64,000 bases of DNA from a bacterium (GCA_037130175.1 JBAXTN010000002.1:56455-120454), one strand, 5' to 3'. Shown: positions 40,383 through 50,155, counted from the stretch's first letter. Notes: generated by a model not told the origin, from the sequence alone. Numbers and translations are program-made.

Positions 40383-42197
40383 CTAAACCCGCTTCGATAG
40401 CAATATGCTATCATGAATCAATAAATGATCTAATCCTGAATGTTCAAATGTACGAATTGCATCGTCCATATTGTTTACAATTGGTTCACCGTGTAAATTA
40501 AAACTAGTATTCAGCAGTGCAGGTGTTCCTGTCAGTGCCATGAATTCTGAAATTAATAAATGATACTGTGGTGCTATATCTCGAGATACAAATTGGGGTC
40601 GTACCGAGCCATCGTATTGATGTGATCCGGCTACAATCTCATTGCGTCGATTACTCTTTGAATCAAGACTGATAGCCATAAATGGTGACATTAGTTTTTT
40701 TGGATTAATCAAATAGTCTTCATGATATTCCTCGAGAATTGAGAGAGCAAACGGCATCCAGAAGTCTCTATTTTTGATTGCTTCGTTAATTCGTTTAACA
40801 GAATCGCGAATACCAGGGTGTGCTAGAATACTTCTATTTCCCAAAGCCCGAGCCCCGAACTCTGCTGCCCCTCGGATGACGGCAACAATGTCTCCTTTCT
40901 CTAGCAAATGTGCAACTTCACTCAGTTTAATATTGGTTTTAATATTATACTTAACTTCATGATTTCGTATATTAAAATCATTTATTTCATCTCCTATATC
41001 ATAACCAAGGTATAGGTGCATCAATGGCTTGTTAGTAGCATGCTCGGCGTTAAGTAAATAACATCCTCCAATTGCAAGGCTTTCATCTCCGCTCGATCCA
41101 CAGACAAACAGCTCGTCAATTTCTGGAATTTCTCCAATTGCCTTGTTCATTTTGACGTTCAATGCAATTCCTCCACCTAGAACAAACCGTGATATCCCTG
41201 TCTGCTTTGCCACATCACGAAATAAATCACATGCAATTTTTTCGACATATGATTGAACCGCTCCCGCGATATTATCAAAGCGATGCGTCTTCCAAACTTC
41301 ACATAAATAGCCAAAAAGATCAGCAGGCCGATTCTTTGATACTATCCGCATTTCCTCTACCACACACAATTCATCTATCAAACTCCTTGTTTTTTCGACA
41401 TAGGATTCTTTCGCATAAGGAGCCAACCCCATCACCTTGAACTCATGTTCATCTGGTCGCATCCCCAAAAGTAGTGTGGCCATCTTGTAGATTCGCCCAA
41501 GATCGTTTTGATCCGATTCAGCGATCAGAGTAAATTTATCATTGGATATTTTCCACACTGTTTGATTTCGTCCGTCTCCCCAGCCATCTAAAGTGACGCA
41601 AATGCAATCCTCCTTACGATATGGTGATCCAAAATATGCATAATATGCGTGACACATATGATGATCCAGAAACTCAATACTATCAACAGATCGATTAAGA
41701 TGTGAGGCAAGGCACTGTGCACTTTTCATCCGAAAGATCCTGATATCTTCCTCTGGATCACAAAGAACACTGTCTGTCATATAACTGAAATCGAATTCTT
41801 CTTTATATTTGTTGAACTGTTTGTTATCTCTGAGCCAGATAAAATAATTTAATGTATCTTCACCTCGCATTTTTTTCTGATAGTATTTATCGCCGTAATA
41901 ATCCCAATAATCCTGAAGCGAGAACTCAGTGTTTGTCTTAGCTTTTACAAGTATACCAGGATTTTTAATTGTCGTATATGCGACTCTCTTTAGTTGGTCG
42001 GGACTAATTCCGGATTTTTTAAGGCAATAATCAATGGCCTTTCGGGGGTAGCCGATAAAGTTTTTTGTCCTGCAGAAACGTTCTTCACAGGCTGCAGCAA
42101 TAATTTCACCATCACACATTATTGCGGCAGATGAGTTATGTGATACACTCACGGCAAGGTGATAGTCCGACTCTAATGATTTTTTTTTAGTTATCAT
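40383..42197 (-). CDS. Carbamoyltransferase (NodU/CmcH/TobZ family)
   Basis: EERF.R.K, HH..HA, DG.GD, E.KVMGLAPY, GG.ALN, EFGARALGNRSILA, LLNTSFNLHGEPIV. Confidence 0.92.
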   Translation of the reverse strand: MITKKKSLESDYHLAVSVSHNSSAAIMCDGEIIAAACEERFCRTKNFIGYPRKAIDYCLKKSGISPDQLKRVAYTTIKNPGILVKAKTNTEFSLQDYWDYYGDKYYQKKMRGEDTLNYFIWLRDNKQFNKYKEEFDFSYMTDSVLCDPEEDIRIFRMKSAQCLASHLNRSVDSIEFLDHHMCHAYYAYFGSPYRKEDCICVTLDGWGDGRNQTVWKISNDKFTLIAESDQNDLGRIYKMATLLLGMRPDEHEFKVMGLAPYAKESYVEKTRSLIDELCVVEEMRIVSKNRPADLFGYLCEVWKTHRFDNIAGAVQSYVEKIACDLFRDVAKQTGISRFVLGGGIALNVKMNKAIGEIPEIDELFVCGSSGDESLAIGGCYLLNAEHATNKPLMHLYLGYDIGDEINDFNIRNHEVKYNIKTNIKLSEVAHLLEKGDIVAVIRGAAEFGARALGNRSILAHPGIRDSVKRINEAIKNRDFWMPFALSILEEYHEDYLINPKKLMSPFMAISLDSKSNRRNEIVAGSHQYDGSVRPQFVSRDIAPQYHLLISEFMALTGTPALLNTSFNLHGEPIVNNMDDAIRTFEHSGLDHLLIHDSILLSKRV

Positions 42198-42241
42198 ATG
42201 TATTTTAAATATTCAATTATTTGCCATCTGTTTTACATTAA

Positions 42242-43033
42242 TTAATTGTTATTTGCGAGAGGAACCCATGACGCAAGATGATATCGGCCCTCAATAAGCT
42301 TTTCTCTTGTTTTCATTAGCCCATCGCCGACAAAATTATACAAATGAGCGGTGGCAACGGCATCAATCCGTGGATCTGAAAGTCCGCTCTCAAAATGATG
42401 ATGATTGCCAGCTCCCCCGGCCAGAATCAGAGGCATAGGAAACTTTTCCGGTAGGATATCCAGCATTTGAAAATCATACCCCTGTCCAGTTCCGTCACGA
42501 TCCATTGAATTGAGGTAGAGCTCCCCAACTGGGAGTGAGACGATGGACTGGATAATTTTACTAGCCTCCTCCTCAAGAATGCACTCTCCGTTTCCATGGC
42601 GGATATGATAGGTTTCATTCCCGTTTCTCTTGCAGTCTATTGAGCCGACCACACACTGCTGGCCAAATTCACCGGCCAGTTCTGTGATGAATTCCTGGTC
42701 CGTGAATAGCGATGAATTCACTACCACTTTATCAGCACCAGCACGCAGCAATGCAGAGGCATCTTCCAATCGGTGTATTCCTCCACCAGCTGCTACAGGG
42801 ATAAAACACCCATCTGTCAGAGATTTCAAACACTCACTAAATGCCGCTATGTTGCGCTCCCCTCTTGTGACATCAAGCACAATTAATTCATCTATTGCAA
42901 AAGCTATTCTTGAAAAGTTATAGTTTTTTTTAAGCCATTTCAGATCTCCCACCCTCTGTAATCGAAAATTCCTGCTCAGCATGAAATACCCTTCGCAATA
43001 AAGCAGGGTAAAAATAATCCTTTTTTTTGGCAT
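42242..43033 (-). CDS. hisF: HisF-like cyclase subunit of sugar amidotransferase (WbuZ-like)
   Basis: DEL..LD, GGGI, GADKVVVN, MDRDGTGQGYD; in an LPS locus beside a WbuX homolog. Confidence 0.85.
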   Translation of the reverse strand: MPKKRIIFTLLYCEGYFMLSRNFRLQRVGDLKWLKKNYNFSRIAFAIDELIVLDVTRGERNIAAFSECLKSLTDGCFIPVAAGGGIHRLEDASALLRAGADKVVVNSSLFTDQEFITELAGEFGQQCVVGSIDCKRNGNETYHIRHGNGECILEEEASKIIQSIVSLPVGELYLNSMDRDGTGQGYDFQMLDILPEKFPMPLILAGGAGNHHHFESGLSDPRIDAVATAHLYNFVGDGLMKTREKLIEGRYHLASWVPLANNN

Positions 43034-43665
43034 TAGGAGTGTTTCTGAAGAAAGTTTTGCAGCAATACGAGACCGTTTGTCTGGCTTTTTTCAGGGTGAA
43101 ACTGAACTCCAAAGATGTTATCAGACTCGAATGCGGCAACAAACTCCACTCCATGACAGCAAGTGGCTATACCGCTCGCCATCATCCCGGGCAGCATCCG
43201 GTAGGAATGGACGAAATAAAAATCTGCCTCCTCCGGCAATCCCTTGAAAAGTCTCTGGGTAGTTCCCCTAGAAACAGTATTAAAACCGATATGAGGGATC
43301 TTTCTCCCATCAAGTTCCAATGGCGTAAATCTATCAACAGAATTGGGAATAAGACCAAGCCCCTTCGAATCACCATCTTCGGTTCCTTGCGACCCCAGTA
43401 GTTGCATGCCAAGGCAAATTCCAAGGAGATCTACGCCACGGACTTTCACAGCGTGAAGGATGGCTTCGTCTAACCCAGACTCCTTGAGTCTCTCTGCTGC
43501 ACGCCTAAAAGAACCAACACCCGGAAGAATCAAGGTATCCGCATGGGAAACCTCGTTCGGGTTACTGGTTACTTTTGCAGAACACCCCAGAAAAGCTAGG
43601 GCGCTCGTAATTGACCAAAGGTTCCCCATTCCATAGTCAATCACTGTGACGGAAGGCATTCCCAT
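43033..43665 (-). CDS. hisH: HisH-like glutamine amidotransferase (WbuY-like)
   Basis: DYGMGNL, LPGVGSF, GICLGMQ, FYFVHSY, QFHPEKS. Confidence 0.9.
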   Translation of the reverse strand: MGMPSVTVIDYGMGNLWSITSALAFLGCSAKVTSNPNEVSHADTLILPGVGSFRRAAERLKESGLDEAILHAVKVRGVDLLGICLGMQLLGSQGTEDGDSKGLGLIPNSVDRFTPLELDGRKIPHIGFNTVSRGTTQRLFKGLPEEADFYFVHSYRMLPGMMASGIATCCHGVEFVAAFESDNIFGVQFHPEKSQTNGLVLLQNFLQKHS

Positions 43666-44792
43666 CAGTGAACCTGAAATTTAGGAATCCATCGGCCCCC
43701 GACTTTTTCGAAGAGTTCTTTGTTAACCCAATGGTCGACTACGACATCAAATTCGTCCTGATTCATCTTATAGTACTCAAGATATGTTTCTATATATTCT
43801 TCCGGATAATGACCGTCATAGAGACGAACAAGGTTTACTGCCTGATCGCGAGTCATGGCCCCTCGTCGGATTTCAATTCCGGCATCCTGGGTGGCACGCC
43901 CAAATCCAAACTTGATATACATCATGTAGGTATGCAGTGCATAAAGCGCCTGATCGTTCTGCGAGAAATTTGTAAAGGTTCCCGAGTTGTTTGCGTCTGC
44001 TTCCTGAAGCCCGCAGTGTTCTTTTGCAACAAGATAGTTTCTGTAGGGATCCCATGATTCAAAATATGACCAATGGGTAATTTTAAGGTCTTTCCCTGCG
44101 AGTTCTGCCTCATTTGGAAAGAGGAAAAAGTAGAGTTCTGAATCGGAAAGCCCTGAAGATCGCAATACCTTTTCGTGCCCTCCCTCCAAATAGATCCGCT
44201 TCATATAAGCTATATCATACATTGCACGATTCTTGGACTCGGTCGATCCTCCATATTCCACTTCACCATCCTCGCCATAGAATAGAAGAGGGATATTCAA
44301 ATTGACGGCTAATCTTACTACTCCGGCCTGAATGGCGGTAAGCCAGCCGTAATAGGGAAATCCCTTCTCGATGAACCCCTGACGATTCAGTATCTGCATG
44401 ACCCTGGCATCAGGATTGATCTGGATGTGGTTATACCCGCTTTCAATATAATTTCGGAGATTCATGTTCCCCAGTTCCAATGATAGCGCTGGCGTAACGG
44501 TCACAGCCAATGGATGCATTCCATACTCATGCTTCAGTTGATGGGAAACATAAGATCCGTCCTTTCCTCCACTGACAGGCACAATACAGTCAAACCCCCC
44601 GTTTCTGGAGCGGTATTTAGCGAGAATCTCAACCAACTCTCGCTGACGGATTTCCCAATCCAGCGTCTTCTTCTCTTCCATCCACTGGCAAGCGTTGCAC
44701 CAACCACGATCATTAAATGTGATTCTGGGTCGGGTCGACATGTTAAGACAGTTCGAACACCAGAAAACTGAAGTTTGTTTGCTTTGTGGCAT
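43665..44792 (-). CDS. N-acetyl sugar amidotransferase (WbuX/PseA/PtmG family)
   Basis: CxxC..TRPR...CNAC, PP-loop VSGGKDGS, YGEDGE.EYGG, KFGFGRAT. Confidence 0.88.
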   Translation of the reverse strand: MPQSKQTSVFWCSNCLNMSTRPRITFNDRGWCNACQWMEEKKTLDWEIRQRELVEILAKYRSRNGGFDCIVPVSGGKDGSYVSHQLKHEYGMHPLAVTVTPALSLELGNMNLRNYIESGYNHIQINPDARVMQILNRQGFIEKGFPYYGWLTAIQAGVVRLAVNLNIPLLFYGEDGEVEYGGSTESKNRAMYDIAYMKRIYLEGGHEKVLRSSGLSDSELYFFLFPNEAELAGKDLKITHWSYFESWDPYRNYLVAKEHCGLQEADANNSGTFTNFSQNDQALYALHTYMMYIKFGFGRATQDAGIEIRRGAMTRDQAVNLVRLYDGHYPEEYIETYLEYYKMNQDEFDVVVDHWVNKELFEKVGGRWIPKFQVH

Positions 44793-44851
44793 GATGATTT
44801 TTTAGTTTGAATCAGTTGAGACCGATCCTGGAGAGAATAACCTGCCGTAAG

Positions 44852-44962
44852 TTATTGGGTTGCATGAGATAATATGATGAAAAAGTTGTGATCGACAGGA
44901 GTAGAGGCCTTTCCTAAGAAGGGTTCACAAAGTGGGCTTTTTCCCTTGTGATCAGACTGCAT
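44852..44962 (-). pseudogene. legC: Probable 5' remnant of a LegC-type aminotransferase gene
   Basis: ATG 44962 overlaps the legB stop and reads MQSDHKGKSPLCEPFLG then unrelated sequence (36 aa). PLxEPxxG matches LegC/DegT N-termini, and the position is syntenic. Confidence 0.55.
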
Positions 44963-45932
44963 ATTCATCCACTCGATACGATTGGCCGTTACTACGAGCC
45001 CATTCGATCATTTTGGCAAGCCCCTCTTCTAAGCTGATCTTCGGATGCCAATCCAGCAGTTGCAAGGCTTTGCTGTTATCTGCCAATAACAATCCTACTT
45101 CACTCTTTTCGGGACGAACACGAGCAGGGTCGCTTTCGATTTCGGCATCGCAATCGATCAGATCGCGGATGATTTCAAACAATTCCCCGATGGATACATC
45201 ACGGTTCGAGCCGAAATGGATCGTCTCACCAGCGATTCCTTCTGCTGTAGCCGCCTTGATGAAGGCATCCACTGTATTGGCGACATAATTCAGATCACGG
45301 CGTGGAGTGGTGCTGCCGAGATGAATGCTGCGCTTTCCCGCCAGCATTTGACTAATGATTGTGGGAATCACGGCGCGGGCGGACTGGCGCGGGCCGAAAG
45401 TATTGAACGGACGCACTGTCACAGCATCGAGTTCAAACGATTTATGAAAAGATTCGACCAACTTGTCTGCACCGATTTTTGAAGCTGAGTAAGGCGACTG
45501 CCCTTGAAGGGGGTGATCCTCGGTGATCGGAGCAAATATTGCTGTTCCGTAAACCTCGCTGGTGGATGTATTCAGCAGCCTCCTTACTCCTGATCTAAGA
45601 CTGGCTTTGAGCACATTGAGGGTCCCCACGACATTCGTCTGAACATAGGCCTCTGGTGCTTCGTAGGAATAAGGAATCCCAATGAGCGCCCCTAGGTGAA
45701 AGACAGTATCGCATCCCTCGATGGCCTTCTCCACAGATCCCTGATCCCTGAGGTCTCCGTGCACAAACTCAATCGAGCCGCGATGAGTCGAGGAGTCAAG
45801 CCATCCTCGGGAACCCGAGGAATTATAATGAACAAAAGCGCGGACATTGGCCCCTGCTTCGACAAGACCCTCCGTAAGATGGCTTCCGATAAAACCGGCG
45901 GCACCGGTGACGAGTACTTTTTTCCCTTTCAT
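44952..45932 (-). CDS. legB: NDP-GlcNAc 4,6-dehydratase, LegB-like
   Basis: TGAAGFIGSHL, HYNS, LIGIPYSY.AP..Y, STSEVYGTA, QSPYSASK, RPFNT.GPRQSARAVIP, RPEKSEV. Confidence 0.85.
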   Translation of the reverse strand: MKGKKVLVTGAAGFIGSHLTEGLVEAGANVRAFVHYNSSGSRGWLDSSTHRGSIEFVHGDLRDQGSVEKAIEGCDTVFHLGALIGIPYSYEAPEAYVQTNVVGTLNVLKASLRSGVRRLLNTSTSEVYGTAIFAPITEDHPLQGQSPYSASKIGADKLVESFHKSFELDAVTVRPFNTFGPRQSARAVIPTIISQMLAGKRSIHLGSTTPRRDLNYVANTVDAFIKAATAEGIAGETIHFGSNRDVSIGELFEIIRDLIDCDAEIESDPARVRPEKSEVGLLLADNSKALQLLDWHPKISLEEGLAKMIEWARSNGQSYRVDEYAV

Positions 45933-45951
45933 ATTTTTCGTGGTTTTTTAT

Positions 45952-46983
45952 TCATCCATTACGGGCTCGCTTCAGTTCCTCCCTATGACCCACATCAATC
46001 CATTCATCATTAACCTGCCAGGCCCCAATCTTCACTGTATTGAGAAGTGATAAATTGATGAGTTCGGTGATCGGGAAGAATTTTTTTGGGACCATCTTGA
46101 GAAGCGGGGGATTGACCACATAGATCCCCGCATTGATTGCCCGAACAATCGTTGGCTTCTCCACAATCGAGTGAATCTGGCCGTTTTCCTGTTCAACACA
46201 ACCATAGGGAATCTGATGGGTGTAATCATAAACACCAACAGTCATTCCATAGCCACCGATTTCATGGAATGAGAGCATATCTTCAAGGTTGGCTTGAGTC
46301 ACAAGATCCCCGTTGGAAACAAAAAGCGGACAGGAGGGTAGTGTAGGGAGAAGACTGAGTGCCCCTCCTGTTCCCAAGGGCTCTTCCTCGTGCAGATATT
46401 CGATTTGACACCCAAATCTGCTTCCATCCTCGAAATATTCCTCGATCACTTCGTAGAGGTGGTTGACCGCCAAAAAAATCCGCCGAATTCCAAATCCCAC
46501 AAAATGCAGGATTAGTCTCTCAAGAATCGGACGCCCGGCAACCTTCAGCATCGGTTTCGGGATTGTTCTGGTAAGTTCCCCTAATCTGGTTCCCTTTCCG
46601 CCGGCCATGATCACGGCACAGTTGGGACGCTCGACCGCACCGAGAAGTTCATGCAGAAGGTGCACTCCATGAACATGACCTCCTGGATCGAGAACGGGTA
46701 TTTGATCGATCCTCATTGCCTGCATGAGATCAATTGCCTCGGCGCGTGAGGATCCAATCTCTACAGTGAACACCTCTTTTTTATAAAACCCCATCACCCC
46801 GTCCCCAAGCGAGGCCCCACTGAGGAGGGCCCGACGGATATCTCCATCAGTCATAGCACCTTGGAGTTTCAGGTCTGAATCCACAACCAAGGCTATTCCA
46901 ACGCCTCCGCTATCTAATGCAACCAAGGCTTCCCTCAATGTCCCATCAATTGGAACACACATGCTTTGAATAGTAGGTCTCAC
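45952..46983 (-). CDS. ptmE: CBS-domain nucleotidyltransferase (PtmE/LegX-like)
   Basis: CBS pair with TDGDIRRALL, MAGGKGTRL...PKPML, PLGTGGAL, NGDL, EKP, W.DVG. Confidence 0.85.
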   Translation of the reverse strand: MRPTIQSMCVPIDGTLREALVALDSGGVGIALVVDSDLKLQGAMTDGDIRRALLSGASLGDGVMGFYKKEVFTVEIGSSRAEAIDLMQAMRIDQIPVLDPGGHVHGVHLLHELLGAVERPNCAVIMAGGKGTRLGELTRTIPKPMLKVAGRPILERLILHFVGFGIRRIFLAVNHLYEVIEEYFEDGSRFGCQIEYLHEEEPLGTGGALSLLPTLPSCPLFVSNGDLVTQANLEDMLSFHEIGGYGMTVGVYDYTHQIPYGCVEQENGQIHSIVEKPTIVRAINAGIYVVNPPLLKMVPKKFFPITELINLSLLNTVKIGAWQVNDEWIDVGHREELKRARNG

Positions 46984-47120
46984 GGTTTATTTTTTTGACG
47001 AGGCGTTTTGGCCGGCACACTGGCAACGGTATCATGCGGTCCAGAAGCCAGCCGAGCATTCAGGACTGATCTATCATGCCTCTCATTGCCAATAATTACG
47101 CAGTTCATAGGAGTATTCAT
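46980..47120 (-). pseudogene. neuD: Internally deleted NeuD/LegH acetyltransferase remnant
   Basis: 46 aa: MNCVIIGNERHDRSVLNA (cf. IIGxGGHAxSV) joined directly to DTVASVPAK (cf. terminal VxGVPAK); stop overlaps the ptmE start. Confidence 0.65.
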
Positions 47121-47133
47121 GGATAAGAAGATA

Positions 47134-48303
47134 TCAAGCGTGCCGTCCTTGTTCGATATCGTGAAATTTCTTGCGCATGAAACGCTCGTCAATACTTGTC
47201 TGAAGCAAAACCCCGGCAATGCTCTCCGCCGCATTGCCCACCCCGTAGGGATTGACGAGTTTTTCAAGTGATTTCCCAAAGGATTCGGAGAGTGCCTTTG
47301 AAATTGCTGACTCGATCTCCATCCGCGAGTTTCCGCAGTTGATGACATTTGATGGCTGCATCCTGCCTTCCTGCCTGCTTCCAATGTTCACAACAGGAAG
47401 ACCAAAGCTGGCTGCTTCAAGAATTCCACTTGAGGAATTGCCTATCATGGCAGCCGAGCATCGCATGAGACTGAAGTATCTCAGAGTGCCAAGATTCTCG
47501 ACGAAATGGATTTTTTGGTTATCCGAGGCCTGTTCTGTGTATTTGCGATGGAGGAGTTCCCCTCCGGGGTCGGCGTTGGGTGCCGTGATCACAACTGTCC
47601 GGTTTGTACTGACCAGTGAATCGAGAAGCCCTTCCACAACAGCTTCCAAATTGATATTTTCCAGTGTGGGCGGATGGAATGTCACAACCAGAGGCTTGGC
47701 TTCAAACTCAAATCCCAATTGCTCTTGCAGTTCCGATGGAGAGAGGAGTTTCAGAGCTTTGAGATTATCGAGTGCCAGAGCCCCTGTCACATGAACTCTC
47801 CATGGCTCTTCACCCATTTGTACAATTCGTGCCGCATGGGACGCTGTGGATGCAAAGTGAAGATGACTCATTTTTGTCATGGAATGCCGCATCACATCAT
47901 CAACGGCACCCAAGGTCAGTTCTCCACCATGCAGATGTGCGATTGCTTTCCTTGCGAAGACGGCAGCGGTAGCTGCAGCGAACATTTCAAACCGATCTCC
48001 CAGCACCACTATAAGATCGGGCTGCAAGCGCCCATAGGCAGCACTCATTCCCATAACTCCCTCTGAAAATGCGGCAGTCATGCCGACTGCATCATCCGAT
48101 CTTACGGGAACCACCACTTTGGCGGCCAAGGAAAATCCATCGGCTGTGAGTTCATCCAGCGAAGATCCCTGACGGCTGTGAAAATGCATGCCACCTGCAA
48201 TGATCTGTAGTTCGCACCCCTGTGCATCCTGCAGGCTATGAAGCAGTGGTCTGAGGATCCCGTAATCGGATCTTCCAACGGTAATGACCGCAATCTTTTT
48301 CAC
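47134..48303 (-). CDS. neuC: Hydrolysing NDP-sugar 2-epimerase (NeuC/LegG)
   Basis: RSDYG, GMH, LGDRFE, HLHGGE, DD.MRH..TKMSHLHF, GNSSSGI.EA, RQ.GR; GTG start 48303 overlaps the neuB stop. Confidence 0.92.
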   Translation of the reverse strand: MKKIAVITVGRSDYGILRPLLHSLQDAQGCELQIIAGGMHFHSRQGSSLDELTADGFSLAAKVVVPVRSDDAVGMTAAFSEGVMGMSAAYGRLQPDLIVVLGDRFEMFAAATAAVFARKAIAHLHGGELTLGAVDDVMRHSMTKMSHLHFASTASHAARIVQMGEEPWRVHVTGALALDNLKALKLLSPSELQEQLGFEFEAKPLVVTFHPPTLENINLEAVVEGLLDSLVSTNRTVVITAPNADPGGELLHRKYTEQASDNQKIHFVENLGTLRYFSLMRCSAAMIGNSSSGILEAASFGLPVVNIGSRQEGRMQPSNVINCGNSRMEIESAISKALSESFGKSLEKLVNPYGVGNAAESIAGVLLQTSIDERFMRKKFHDIEQGRHA

Positions 48304-49355
48304 GATAGCATTCCCTGTTGAAACTGCACGCCCTTGGGAATGAATGTCAGCGTGCGTCTGCCCAACAATTTCCTCCACTCGGATGGTGGAATTCCCCCGG
48401 CTGGACGCAGGGCCGTCAGATGATCCTCGGCAATCTCTGTATCAGCAGGAATATCCACTGCCGCTGCCAGACTTCTTCTCGCCACCATGGCTACCTGATC
48501 CTCCCCTGGGGCAGGCATTTTGAGACCATTACCCAATGCGGCCTCCACAATTTTTGCCTTTTTTATCATCGCTCCAAACTCACTGGGTTCCAATGATGCG
48601 GCATGATCGGGCCCCGGCATATTCCTATTGAGGGTGAGGTGTTTTTCTAACACGGATGCCCCCAATGCAACGGCTGCCAAGGCAATCACATCGTCCAGCG
48701 TATGGTCCGAAAGTCCGGTTGGCAGATGGAAGGAATCCTCCATTCTCTGCATGGCACGAAGGTTCATCGTTTCCGGGGAGGCCGGATAGTTGCTAACACA
48801 TTGCAAAAGTATCAATCCTGCATTACAAGCACTTCGGATCGCAGCGACAGCGTCTCGCACCTCATTCTCGTCGGACATTCCCGTGGAAAGAATCAGAGGA
48901 AGCCCCAAACGGGCGAGTCGGACAAGAAAAAGATGGTTGGATAGATCGCCGGAACCGATCTTGATCGCATTACAGCCAAGATCGACGATCAAACGAGCAT
49001 TCTCCTCGTCAAACGGAGTGCAGAGAAAATCGATTTTCCTTTCTTTGCAATAGTCCCTTAAATCACGAAACTGCCCTGCGGAAAGGGCAAGAGAATCCAG
49101 CATCTCTTTTTGTGATTTTTTAGCCCCCATGTTCCGGCTCTGGTATTCGGCCTGGGGGGCATCACTAGTGACCAGTTTTTCCGCATCGAATGCCTGAAAC
49201 TTGACCGCATCGGCCCCTGCTTCCACTGCCGCATCTACAAGTTGACGGGCCAGTTCCAAGCTGCCGTTGTGATTCACTCCAGCCTCGGCAATAAAGTAAC
49301 AGGGTTGTCCGAGTCCTACCCGCCTCGAACCTATAATGAGCTCATCTATTCTCAT
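48300..49355 (-). CDS. neuB: Nonulosonic acid synthase (NeuB/LegI) with C-terminal SAF domain
   Basis: IAEAGVNHNG, DAVKFQ, TPFD, KIGSG, LSTGM, SDHT, EKH.TL....GPDH.AS, ARRS. Confidence 0.93.
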   Translation of the reverse strand: MRIDELIIGSRRVGLGQPCYFIAEAGVNHNGSLELARQLVDAAVEAGADAVKFQAFDAEKLVTSDAPQAEYQSRNMGAKKSQKEMLDSLALSAGQFRDLRDYCKERKIDFLCTPFDEENARLIVDLGCNAIKIGSGDLSNHLFLVRLARLGLPLILSTGMSDENEVRDAVAAIRSACNAGLILLQCVSNYPASPETMNLRAMQRMEDSFHLPTGLSDHTLDDVIALAAVALGASVLEKHLTLNRNMPGPDHAASLEPSEFGAMIKKAKIVEAALGNGLKMPAPGEDQVAMVARRSLAAAVDIPADTEIAEDHLTALRPAGGIPPSEWRKLLGRRTLTFIPKGVQFQQGMLS

Positions 49356-50155
49356 CACCAAACGGTCATTCCACCATCCACCACGAAATTCTGACCCGTG
49401 ATGTAGTTTCCTAGATCAGACATCAGGAGTTGAGCGATTCCCTTGAAATCTTCTTCCGCAGCCATTCTTCCAAGCGGCACCCTCTCTGTATATTTCTGAA
49501 CAAATGATGCGGGTTGTCCTCTACTGATACCACCGGGACTGATACAGTTCACTCTGACCTCGGGAGCGAGTGCAGTTGCCAGATAGCGTGTTAGCTGGAT
49601 CAATCCTCCCTTGCTGGCATTATAGGCGGCTGGATTGCCCATTGATGTCCCTTCATAAAGACGGAAGTCCGGGGCCGCGACTCCATAGATTGAAGCAATA
49701 TTGACAACTGATCCGGCTCCTCCCTTTGCAAGAAGAGGCGCCGCTTTTTGCGTTAGTAAAAAGGGAACAAACAGATTGATATCCATGGCAGCAGACCAAG
49801 CCTCGACTCCCTGCTGGGAAAACGGAACCGCCCAACCGGAGAGTTTGGATGCCCCCGTAAAGGCCGCATTATTGACCAGAATGTCAAACCTTCCAACGAA
49901 TGACTCTATTTCTGCGGGCAATTTACTGACCGCCGCATGGTCACCCAGATCAAGTACTCGTCCTTCGCACCGCGTTCCGAATCGAGAAGAGAGTTCCGAT
50001 GCTGCATCAAGGACCGCCTCGTTGAAGTCCACAAGCACTACGGTTCCCCCCAGTTCAGCAACCACTTCACCAAACATCCGACCGAGATGACCGGCGCCAC
50101 CCGTAATCAGGGCAACGCGTCCTTTTAGGGATTGTAACTCTTTAAGATTTCTCAT
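49355..50155 (-). CDS. SDR oxidoreductase (PtmA-like)
   Basis: TGGAGHLG, LVNNA, ASIYG..APDF..Y, YNASKGG, RVNCISPGG, QP..F...Y; start ATG 50155. Confidence 0.85.
   Translation of the reverse strand: MRNLKELQSLKGRVALITGGAGHLGRMFGEVVAELGGTVVLVDFNEAVLDAASELSSRFGTRCEGRVLDLGDHAAVSKLPAEIESFVGRFDILVNNAAFTGASKLSGWAVPFSQQGVEAWSAAMDINLFVPFLLTQKAAPLLAKGGAGSVVNIASIYGVAAPDFRLYEGTSMGNPAAYNASKGGLIQLTRYLATALAPEVRVNCISPGGISRGQPASFVQKYTERVPLGRMAAEEDFKGIAQLLMSDLGNYITGQNFVVDGGMTVW

Noticed and set aside
42180-42188. A9 tract at codons 4-6 of the carbamoyltransferase (also A8-A9 runs at 43021 and 62673) as phase-variation switches
   Set aside because: Lys-codon A runs of this length are common in AT-rich genes and slip less than G tracts; no support without reads
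42242-43665. hisF/hisH as histidine biosynthesis genes
   Set aside because: No other his genes are present; they are coupled to a WbuX-type amidotransferase, the known LPS-locus arrangement
46980-47384. 134-aa ORF from the track
   Set aside because: Its first two-thirds overlap neuC in another frame; only 46980-47120 is meaningful, as the neuD scar
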